Of a stretch of DNA of 64,000 bases, positions 54,296-62,426 are shown in pieces. The first letter of the stretch is position 1. Each line of letters opens with the position of its first letter. A program made the position numbers and the translations under genes. The stretch comes from Chamaesiphon sp. Lineage in GTDB: Bacteria; Cyanobacteriota; Cyanobacteriia; Cyanobacteriales; Chamaesiphonaceae. The stretch is from positions 64,001-128,000 of the forward strand of contig CBDFFH010000029.1 of NCBI GenBank assembly GCA_965246715.1, written 5' to 3'. The notes under the pieces were generated by a model. That model worked only from the letters and a program-made list of their open reading frames with translations, was not told the DNA's origin and ran no database searches.

Positions 54296-56074
54296 ATGAC
54301 ATCAACAGAATTAGAATTAATAATCGATCGAGCCATCCAAGATCGATCGACCCATCTAGATCTTTACCAGAAACAAATATCTAGTCTACCAGACTCGGTC
54401 GGCAATCTTACCGATTTAGTCAGCCTCCGTTTAACTGACAATCGCCTGACGACACTACCTGCAAGTATCGGCAATCTCACCAATTTGCGCGAGTTGAGAT
54501 TATATAAAAATCAGCTCAAAATGTTACCGGATAGCATAGCCAATCTCCAGAATTTAACCTGGCTGAGTTTGAGCCTCAATCGACTGACTGTATTTCCAGA
54601 GAGCATCACCGAGCTAACTAATTTAACAGGGTTGCTGTTGAATGGCAATCAAATGGTAGTATTGCCGCAAAGTATTAGCAAGCTGACTAATTTAACCTAT
54701 CTCGACATCACTGGTAATCCGCTGATGGATCTATCGGTACTGCACCATTTACCAAAATTAAAAACCGTCAAATTTTGGGGTGTAAATTTACCGCGTAAAT
54801 ATTGGATCGAGCTAAAATCTCTGTCTTCAGCTTTGCAGTTAGTTAATGGTGCGATCGTCGAATATCAAATTAAACCTGAGAATTTAAGACGTCTTGGCAA
54901 ACAGTCACTGATCTGGCTACCTAATAATCTGGATCTATACTTACCGACAGAAGATAGAATAAACGAGAAGATCGATACTCCAGAATCACTCAGCTTTTTT
55001 GGTAAGGTTGCCAAACAAATGTTTGGAGATATACGTGAAAATTTAGAGAAAAAATTTCCAGAGCACCATCTCCATTTGTCAGGAAATCAATTAACTTTAC
55101 TGCCATCCAATATCGGTAAATTGAATCAGCTAACATGCATAGAATTAAGAAGCAATCAATTAACATTTATTCCAGCAAGTATCGGCAATCTAACTAATCT
55201 TACTCATTTAGACTTACGATGCAATCAATTATCTTTCTTGCCTAGCAGCATCGATAATTTAACCAGTCTCACACATCTGTATCTCGGTGGTAATCTTTTT
55301 GATTCCTTACCAGATGCGATCGGTGAAATGAGCAAACTAACGCACTTGCATGTCAACGCAAATTCATTAACATCATTACCAGAAAGCTTCGGCAAGCTTT
55401 CTGGGTTGATAGAATTAAATATGAGCAATAATAATCTCAGTAGTCTGCCACTGTATCTCGACACGTTGACTAAATTAAAGAAACTAAATCTATCTAATAA
55501 TAATCTTACTGAGTTACTCAATAATATTGGAAACTTAGTCGATGTAGTTAGCCTCAATCTAAGTGGCAACCAATTGACAAAGCTACCGACAAGTATCAGA
55601 TTCCTGCGTGAGTTGACGAGTTTAGATTTATTAGGAAACCCACTTACCGATTTATCAATTCTCCAATATTTGCCCAAATTGCAATCGATACATTTTATGG
55701 GGTATTTGCCTCGTCGATATTGGACTAAATTTAGCGAATGGAAATCTGAGTGGTTACTAGACGAAACAAACGCAGCAATAAGACAGAGATTAATTCAACA
55801 AATTGGCTATGAAAGAATTTGTCAGGAATTGGATTCAATGCAGCTCGATACTTGGCGAGAATATACATTACTCAAAATTGATGGAGTAGAAAGCTCTTAT
55901 GATTGGCGTAGAAGTAGAACTATTCACGAACCGATGGTATTACTCAAGATGACATGTCCATCTACAGGACATATTCATGTTTTGCGCGTACCGCCTGACA
56001 TGACGAGTGCGGAGGCTGCGATTACCTGGGTAAATCATGGCATTCATCCTGATAGATTTATGGTTCAGACGTAA
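54296..56074 (+). CDS. Leucine-rich repeat protein with C-terminal DUF6745-like domain
   Basis: LPxSIGNLTNLxxLxLxxNxL repeats; KMTCPSTGHIHVLRVPP...AITWVNHG tail. Confidence 0.88.
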   Translation: MTSTELELIIDRAIQDRSTHLDLYQKQISSLPDSVGNLTDLVSLRLTDNRLTTLPASIGNLTNLRELRLYKNQLKMLPDSIANLQNLTWLSLSLNRLTVFPESITELTNLTGLLLNGNQMVVLPQSISKLTNLTYLDITGNPLMDLSVLHHLPKLKTVKFWGVNLPRKYWIELKSLSSALQLVNGAIVEYQIKPENLRRLGKQSLIWLPNNLDLYLPTEDRINEKIDTPESLSFFGKVAKQMFGDIRENLEKKFPEHHLHLSGNQLTLLPSNIGKLNQLTCIELRSNQLTFIPASIGNLTNLTHLDLRCNQLSFLPSSIDNLTSLTHLYLGGNLFDSLPDAIGEMSKLTHLHVNANSLTSLPESFGKLSGLIELNMSNNNLSSLPLYLDTLTKLKKLNLSNNNLTELLNNIGNLVDVVSLNLSGNQLTKLPTSIRFLRELTSLDLLGNPLTDLSILQYLPKLQSIHFMGYLPRRYWTKFSEWKSEWLLDETNAAIRQRLIQQIGYERICQELDSMQLDTWREYTLLKIDGVESSYDWRRSRTIHEPMVLLKMTCPSTGHIHVLRVPPDMTSAEAAITWVNHGIHPDRFMVQT

Positions 56075-56109
56075 GATCTCCAAACCGTCCTCTGCTAGGA
56101 TCGATCTGT

Positions 56110-56185
56110 GATGGTATAGCTTAAGTGGTGAAAGCTACTGCCTTCTAAGCAGAATATGATGGCGGTTCGAGTCCGCCTGCTGTCA
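56110..56185 (+). tRNA. tRNA-Arg(UCU)-like cloverleaf (atypical or pseudo)
   Basis: gatggta/tgctgtc acceptor with G-U pairs, D arm gctt/aagc, loop CTTCTAA, T arm ggcgg-TTCGAGT-ccgcc; no CCA. Confidence 0.6.
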
Positions 56186-56189
56186 CACT

Positions 56190-56262
56190 AACAACGTAGT
56201 TTAATTGTTAAAAACGCTGTGGAGTATACCCAGTCATGCAGGTGCGATTCCTGCCGTTGTTG
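56190..56262 (+). ncRNA. tRNA-like cloverleaf, GUA (Tyr) at the anticodon position, non-canonical loops
   Basis: aacaacg/cgttgtt acceptor, gttt/aaac D stem, loop GAGTATA, T loop TGCGATT. Confidence 0.55.
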
Positions 56263-56284
56263 TCTTGTGTTAACATGTATCTGT

Positions 56285-56357
56285 GAGAGCATAGTTAAAT
56301 TGGTGAAAATACGTCCCTTTCACGGATGCGATGGCGGTTCGAGTCCGCCTGCTGTCA
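56285..56357 (+). tRNA. tRNA-Glu(UUC)-like cloverleaf (atypical or pseudo)
   Basis: gagagca/tgctgtc acceptor (one mismatch), cgtcc-CTTTCAC-ggatg anticodon arm, T arm identical to the Arg-like copy. Confidence 0.6.
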
Positions 56358-56361
56358 CACT

Positions 56362-56433
56362 AACAACGTAGTTTAATTGTCAAAACGCTGTGGAGTATAC
56401 CCAGTCATGCAGGTGCAAACCCTGCCGTTGTTA
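56362..56433 (+). ncRNA. Second copy of the GUA tRNA-like cloverleaf
   Basis: Near-identical to 56190-56262; T loop TGCAAAC. Confidence 0.55.
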
Positions 56434-56564
56434 TTTTTAAATTTTTATTATTACTAAGCAATTGCTGCTTTACATTGAAGCACAGCTTCGATCTCGTTGA
56501 GCTGTCTGCTAGTAAAAACGCCGCTTGTGGGTACCCTGGATTTACTGTTATCACTAGTAATCTA

Positions 56565-56777
56565 ACGTCAGTTCGGGATAAGCATTAACGATCGATGACT
56601 CCTAGCTTCGTTTCTACACCGCCCTCAAATGAATTTGGGGCTAATGGCAAAAGTTCTCTGAAGAGAACTGCTAAATTCCCCAGTTCGTTTCAACGAACTT
56701 TTGCCATTAGCCCGAACTTCTAGTTCAGGGCGGTGCTTGAACGGAGCAAATCAATTTTCCTTATCCCGAACTGACGT
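56565..56777. mobile_element. IS982-like MITE, subtype 2 (copy I, no insert)
   Basis: TIR ACGTCAGTTCGGGATAAG at both ends; 7 bp TSD TAATCTA. Confidence 0.88.
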
Positions 56778-56913
56778 TAATCTAAACTCGTGCAAGATGT
56801 GAGTAAACCAAAAGATATACCTTTAGTAAGAGGGTAAAAATAGGGATCTCTTTGAGAATGGCTAATATTGGCTCAACAGCGCCAAGATATTTCCCGCGAA
56901 TACTGAAATACCG

Positions 56914-57259
56914 ATGAAACTAACGTTACCCGCGCTGCGATCGAGAAACTATCGGCTATTTTTTACCGGACAAGGCATCTCCTTAATCGGGACGTGGATG
57001 ACACAATTGGCAACAATATAGGTAGTCTATCAATTGACAAATTCCGCCTTTATATTAGGTTTGGTGGGATTCATCGGACAAATTCCGAGTTTAGTGTTGA
57101 CTCCATTCGGTGGCTCGCTTTCCGAGCGATTCGATCGCCATAATAACTCAAGGATTGGCGATGGTTCAATCGCTTACCCTGGCTGCTTTTACCCTCACTG
57201 GAACGATTAATATTTGGCTGCTATTGGGATTGGGATTTTTGCAAGGAGTCATCAATGCA
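56914..57259 (+). pseudogene. MFS transporter pseudogene (N-terminal fragment)
   Basis: MKLTLPALRSRNYRLFFTGQGISLIGTWMTQLATI*VVYQLTNS...; in-frame TAG at 57019, frameshift near 57140, truncated at ...FLQGVINA. Confidence 0.75.
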
Positions 57260-57412
57260 CTCAGCTAGTCCTCGACAGATCTGTTCTTGTTCTTCGGCCT
57301 GTCTTGCTAATAATATTCCGGCATCTGAACTCAGTTCTAAGTCTGAATATCGGACTACTAACTGCCGCCGATCGTAAAAATTATAGGGGAGTGGAGAAAT
57401 ACACTCTGTCAT
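57248..57412 (-). pseudogene. IS1380-family transposase N-terminal remnant
   Basis: LSSDAGILLARQAEE...LAECIDD motif, then abrupt end. Confidence 0.7.
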
Positions 57413-57499
57413 GTCAAAATGAGGATGCTTATTTGTTTGTATATCCTGATTCTACTCAGTTTCAGGCTTTTTATTATCTTCTTTTTGCACGCCCTTCAG

Positions 57500-58546
57500 C
57501 TAATTACTACTATTCTGAATTAATCTAGTTTTAGTTTGAGGCGCGGAAGCTTGAGTCATCCCAGATGTATTCGCCATCTGTAAAAAGGCATTGAGCGGGC
57601 CAAAGTTGGTAGCATGAACGATCGCGGGTGCATCATAACCCTTAAGTTCGACCGAACATTCCTTAAACACGCGATGCTTACCCAACAGGGGTGCCAGGTA
57701 ACGATATGTCGCCGCACCGAGGGCGATTTCAGCATTAAGTTCTTTGGTAATGGCTTCGAGGCGGAATGCAGCATTAACGGTATCGCCCAAAGCCGTATAG
57801 TCGGGTTGATCGCCACTACCAGCATTGCCGATCATCGCATGTCCGGTATTGATCCCCGCACCAATTTTTAATTCAAAGGGTAGTGGGTAGTGTTGGCTCA
57901 ATTCCTTGGTCATCTTGTTGAGATCGTCTAGCGCCAAGAGGATATTCATAATCTCTTGCTTGGTGACCGTCTCGCCATTATGAAACCACAGTGCCATCAA
58001 TGCATCACCGATATATTTATCCACCCAACTGCCGCGATTACGAATGATCGCTCCAGCATTACGGAACCAGGTACTCATTACCTCAGACAACAGGTTTTCA
58101 TTTGTCTGACGTGTCAGGATCGTGAAGTTTCGCATATCCACAACCATCACCGACATCAGTTTCCGGAGATGGAGGATCGAGGTGACAGTCCCATCGAGGG
58201 TGGTTTCTGTATCTAGTGCCAAAGTACCCTCGGTAGCTTTAGGGCAATGAAATTCAAATTCTGTTTGACCGAAGGTGACGGTATCCCCATCATGAATAGT
58301 GACAGGAATATTTACTCGGCGACCGTTAACAAATGTGCCGTTGCTACTGCCGAGGTCGATTAAATAATGATCCCCAGCATCGGTAAACTGAATCATCGCA
58401 TGGTTGCGAGAGATACAACGGTCTTTGACAACAAACTGATTGTCATCACCCCGACCGACAGTCCAGCAGTTGCCATCGTTCAACGATAGCTGGCGTTGAC
58501 CGTTGTCGGTATTTTGGATCAGATAAGGTGAGATTCCCTGGTTCAC
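57500..58546 (-). CDS. FHA-domain adenylate/guanylate cyclase (CyaD/Cya1-like)
   Basis: VGRG...ISRNHA...DLGSSNGT FHA; VDKYIGDA and GDTVNAAFRLE cyclase motifs. Confidence 0.88.
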   Translation of the reverse strand: MNQGISPYLIQNTDNGQRQLSLNDGNCWTVGRGDDNQFVVKDRCISRNHAMIQFTDAGDHYLIDLGSSNGTFVNGRRVNIPVTIHDGDTVTFGQTEFEFHCPKATEGTLALDTETTLDGTVTSILHLRKLMSVMVVDMRNFTILTRQTNENLLSEVMSTWFRNAGAIIRNRGSWVDKYIGDALMALWFHNGETVTKQEIMNILLALDDLNKMTKELSQHYPLPFELKIGAGINTGHAMIGNAGSGDQPDYTALGDTVNAAFRLEAITKELNAEIALGAATYRYLAPLLGKHRVFKECSVELKGYDAPAIVHATNFGPLNAFLQMANTSGMTQASAPQTKTRLIQNSSN

Positions 58547-58619
58547 GGTTGGATAAAGATATGACGGTGAACTAGTCTATAGATGACTGAGCGAGTGCTA
58601 GTCGACCGAGCATAATTAT

Positions 58620-59309
58620 TTAGGCACAGCTAGCGACCCACAAAAACAAACTATCAACCACGATCGTAGTCAAAACTGCGCCACTGAAAGCGTACCAGTG
58701 CAATTGTTTTGTCCCTAAAGACATTATACCCACCGCCAATAGCAAATTCACGAGTACCACTGCCCAGGCTGTGCCCCAAGGTGTGCGAACTTGCGCGATC
58801 GCCTGTTGTAATATCGGTGTGGCGAGCGTCGGATCGACGCGCATCAGTTGTTGCCAGTAGTCAACCAAACCAACTTGATAAATATATAAATCGGTCAGTG
58901 CGGTACCGAGGAGCGATCCGAGGTAAAATAGACCACCGATCTTGCTAAAACCGCGCCAAATACCCCAAATGGCAAAGGGTACCCCGATCGATTCGATCGG
59001 TAGATGAATCGCTGGCACCCACCTAAACCAGCCCCAATAAATCGCCCCAGCCAACCAGCTCCAACTAAAACCCAACAGCAAATCGCCCCAAATTTGGCTT
59101 TTGGGACGTTGAATCAGGATAAACCCCAGACAAACCCATAGCAAAGAGCTAACAACGCTCAAGACTGGATATTGCCGCACTAGCGGAGCTTCGATGAATA
59201 CGGGCGCAGATACCAAGAATGCTGCTGCTGCAAAGACCCCCCAAATTCCTTGAAGTTGCCACCGCCATGCACCGTTAGTCTCGCTGGAGTTATAGCTAGG
59301 GTTGACCAA
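58620..59309 (-). CDS. DUF3120 family membrane protein
   Basis: FIEAPLVR, YWGWFRW, HLPIESIG, TDLY. Confidence 0.78.
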   Translation of the reverse strand: MVNPSYNSSETNGAWRWQLQGIWGVFAAAAFLVSAPVFIEAPLVRQYPVLSVVSSLLWVCLGFILIQRPKSQIWGDLLLGFSWSWLAGAIYWGWFRWVPAIHLPIESIGVPFAIWGIWRGFSKIGGLFYLGSLLGTALTDLYIYQVGLVDYWQQLMRVDPTLATPILQQAIAQVRTPWGTAWAVVLVNLLLAVGIMSLGTKQLHWYAFSGAVLTTIVVDSLFLWVASCA

Positions 59310-59654
59310 AATATTATGGATTTTATTGACTTAATGTTTATTTATATAAAGGTATTATATTGGTTATTCGGTTGCAAGGCAAACCACCAAGCTATATCTA
59401 GTCGGCATTTTAGCAACTAATGGCAGCTACAACCCTTGGTGTAATTATGAGAATAGACTCCTACCTATATTAATATTTGTTGCGTCGAACCTACTCCAGT
59501 GGGAAAATAGACGCAAATTATCGCTCGATAGAATTAATTTTGACTAATGGCTAAGCATAACAGCTAATATAGATCGATTTGACACTCGGGCCATCGACGG
59601 CAACACCAAAACACTACTGCCCGTAAGTTATTTTTACTAATCTCAAAAAATTTT

Positions 59655-60626
59655 ATGACAATGCGATCGCTACTGAGTTCTAAGCTCCTCAAACCAAGAT
59701 CCAAGTTGGCTTTTGTACTCTTAATGAGTATCACTACCCTCCTCCTCATTGCTATTCCCAGCGAAGCAAAGCCACCCGCAACCCCAGTAGCGATTGGCTC
59801 CGGGAATGTCTTTCAAGCACTGGTATTGGGGTTGATTCAAGGAATTACTGAATTTTTACCGATCAGTAGTACCGCTCACTTAATTGTTGCAACCAAGATC
59901 TTGGGCTGGGAGCAACTAGGCAGCAAAGATTATGTCGATGCGATTCAGTTCGGTAGCGTCATCGCTGTCTTTATCTATTTTTGGAAAGATATTACCAGTC
60001 TCCTGAAAGGTGGATTGCCAGGAATCGCTCGCCAAGATTGGCAGAATGAAGATGTGAAAATCTTGGCAGGAATTGCGATCGGAACTTTACCCGCTGGAAT
60101 CATCGGGTATATTTTCAAGGATGCGATTCCTGAGAGTATTGGCGTAATTGCGATCGCGTCACTGATTATGGCAACGTTACTATTTCTTGCCGAACGCTAT
60201 GGTAGTCGCAAACGCGGATTCGATCGATTAGAAATTAAAGATGGTTTGTTGGTAGGATTGGCACAAACGATCGCTTTATTACCTGGCTGCTCGCGTTCTG
60301 GCTCGACTTTAACTGCAGGTTTGTTTATGGGATTAGATAGAGCCACGGCTGCGAGATTTTCATTTTTAGTCGGATTACCAGTCCTGACGATGGCAACCCT
60401 CTTCAAATCAGTCAAGATTTTCCAAGCTTACAAAGAACATCTCCTCCCTGACAATATTGTCCTGCTACTGGGTGTGGGGATAATTTCAGCGTTTATTTTT
60501 TCTTATCTATCGATCGCGTTTTTACTCAACTATCTCAAAACAAAAGATACAACTATTTTTGTAATCTATCGCTATGCTTTTGGTGCTAGTTTGTTAGTTG
60601 CTTTGGCAATGGGCTGGAAGGTTTAG
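59655..60626 (+). CDS. uppP: Undecaprenyl-diphosphate phosphatase
   Basis: QGITEFLPISSTAH, PGCSRSGST, AARFSFL. Confidence 0.93.
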   Translation: MTMRSLLSSKLLKPRSKLAFVLLMSITTLLLIAIPSEAKPPATPVAIGSGNVFQALVLGLIQGITEFLPISSTAHLIVATKILGWEQLGSKDYVDAIQFGSVIAVFIYFWKDITSLLKGGLPGIARQDWQNEDVKILAGIAIGTLPAGIIGYIFKDAIPESIGVIAIASLIMATLLFLAERYGSRKRGFDRLEIKDGLLVGLAQTIALLPGCSRSGSTLTAGLFMGLDRATAARFSFLVGLPVLTMATLFKSVKIFQAYKEHLLPDNIVLLLGVGIISAFIFSYLSIAFLLNYLKTKDTTIFVIYRYAFGASLLVALAMGWKV

Positions 60627-60653
60627 AGATGTCAGCGATCTCAGTTATAATTT

Positions 60654-61238
60654 TTATGTTGACTCCGGCTCGAAGCTAATCCCTCGATAGACACGCTCGA
60701 TCGGAAAACTAAAATCGACACTGTGAAGCTCGACTAGATCGCCAGCTCGGTAATTAATAATTATCCACTCGCCCACATCGTTCTTGCGATATAAATCGAT
60801 CGCTATTTCCTGAGAACTAATTAGCACGTAATCTCGCAAACAGGGATTGCGACGATATCTGAAAAACTTATTTCCTCGGTCGTAAGCCTCGGTGCTATCC
60901 GATAAAATTTTAGCGACTAAACAGGGATAAGTAATATATTGACTCTGAGTTCGATCGCGCTGGTCACAAGTGACACTAACATCCGGATAGGTGTAATCAT
61001 TAGTTTCTACAATATTAACTCTAGCATCTGAATTGAGAGTTTTACAGCCACTATCTTCTAAGTAACCTTTCAGCATAAACAGGAAATTTCCAGAAATTTC
61101 ACTATGATTTATCGTCCCCCCACTCATCGCATAAACTTCACCATCGATATATTCATGGCGACATAATTGGCGTTCCTCCCATGCAAAATATTCTACGGTG
61201 GTAAACTTGGGAGCATTATCTCGTGCTGCAACCATCAC
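60654..61238 (-). CDS. Uma2 family endonuclease-fold protein
   Basis: HEYIDGEVYAMSGG, YPDVSV, LSDSTEAYDRG. Confidence 0.88.
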   Translation of the reverse strand: MMVAARDNAPKFTTVEYFAWEERQLCRHEYIDGEVYAMSGGTINHSEISGNFLFMLKGYLEDSGCKTLNSDARVNIVETNDYTYPDVSVTCDQRDRTQSQYITYPCLVAKILSDSTEAYDRGNKFFRYRRNPCLRDYVLISSQEIAIDLYRKNDVGEWIIINYRAGDLVELHSVDFSFPIERVYRGISFEPEST

Positions 61239-61376
61239 TCGATCTCAAGTAGTAAATATTTTCTATTTTAACATTGAGGTGTGGATTGTGTAGAGCGTTG
61301 TACCAGTATGCGATCGAAATCGCTGCGATGCAATCGAATATAAATTAACAATCGCACATCAGTACAGAGTAAGTGG

Positions 61377-61865
61377 TTAATTATGGCGAGAAACTGTTGC
61401 TAATAACTCAAACAAACCATCATCTAATTCATAACCCAACATCTGCGTCATAAACTTTAGGCGCGATCGATCTTCTATTTGTCGAGATTGCAACCAATCT
61501 GTTAAGACAAATACCCGTTTCATCACCCAAATTTCTAGAGCTTCGGGATTGTATTGAATCCCCTCCTTGCGGCTGAATTGATGCGGTACCAACATCGCCA
61601 CGTATCTGGCTAGCTCTCCGGCTTGCCAGTCGAGCAGCAGTGGTAGATAAGGGTATCGAGCATCTGCGCGAATAAACCATAGTCGGATTTCAGGGATCTC
61701 CGAGAGTTCGCGGGGATCTGCGGGATCGCGGGGAAAGTCGATCGTAAACTTGAACTCGAGATCGAATTTTTGGGGATCGGTTGCTAGCCACGAATCGATC
61801 GGGGTGGCGAGCGCCGCAAGGTCTAAACTTAAGAGTGCATCATTGCCAACATTCACGATCGTCAT
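61377..61865 (-). CDS. CRR6 family NdhI maturation factor
   Basis: DPRELSEIPEIRLWFIRADARYP, AMLVPHQF; likely ATG at 61865. Confidence 0.85.
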   Translation of the reverse strand: MTIVNVGNDALLSLDLAALATPIDSWLATDPQKFDLEFKFTIDFPRDPADPRELSEIPEIRLWFIRADARYPYLPLLLDWQAGELARYVAMLVPHQFSRKEGIQYNPEALEIWVMKRVFVLTDWLQSRQIEDRSRLKFMTQMLGYELDDGLFELLATVSRHN

Positions 61866-62426
61866 ATACTCAAGGGTTGGTGTAAATCCACACAATAATT
61901 TTTGCGATCGTTCTTAGTATTTTTTAGCAATTTGCGACCGGACAAACAACGATCGAGTTCGCTCGGTCGCTAGCTTCGGAAAAACACCGGTTCGACCTCA
62001 AAATAGCAAATAAATACTAATCATAGTAAGTGGTTCGATCGACCGAATTACTAACTGTAGAGACTATTTTAGCACTCAATCCTGGCTCCAGTGAGCGATC
62101 GGGCTGGCGATCTCGATCGGAATGGCACTTTTAAGTCGATCGATCGGTCGATGGAATTGCTTGGGAATTTTTCGATCCGGATACTGTCGAAGTTAGTAAA
62201 TTGCTTGTCAACCAAATCTATTTAAAAGATATGCAAAGTATAGATCGACAGTGACATGACAAATACGCTCAGCAAGGATAGTGTAAACTACAATACCTTG
62301 ACACTGCGTGATACAATATTTCTAATTATTAGCTAATCATTGCTCGATCGAAAGTATTGGGTCTAAACTATAAAAACTTCTTACACAATAAACTTAATAA
62401 CTTACTATTTAATTAAGAGGTCGCCT

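Noticed and set aside
56787..56804. tcgtgcaagatgtgagt as a possible IS end
   Set aside because: No partner end or transposase found in the window; cannot be supported
57214..57528. 104 aa plus-strand ORF
   Set aside because: Antisense to the IS1380 remnant and spans the deletion junction
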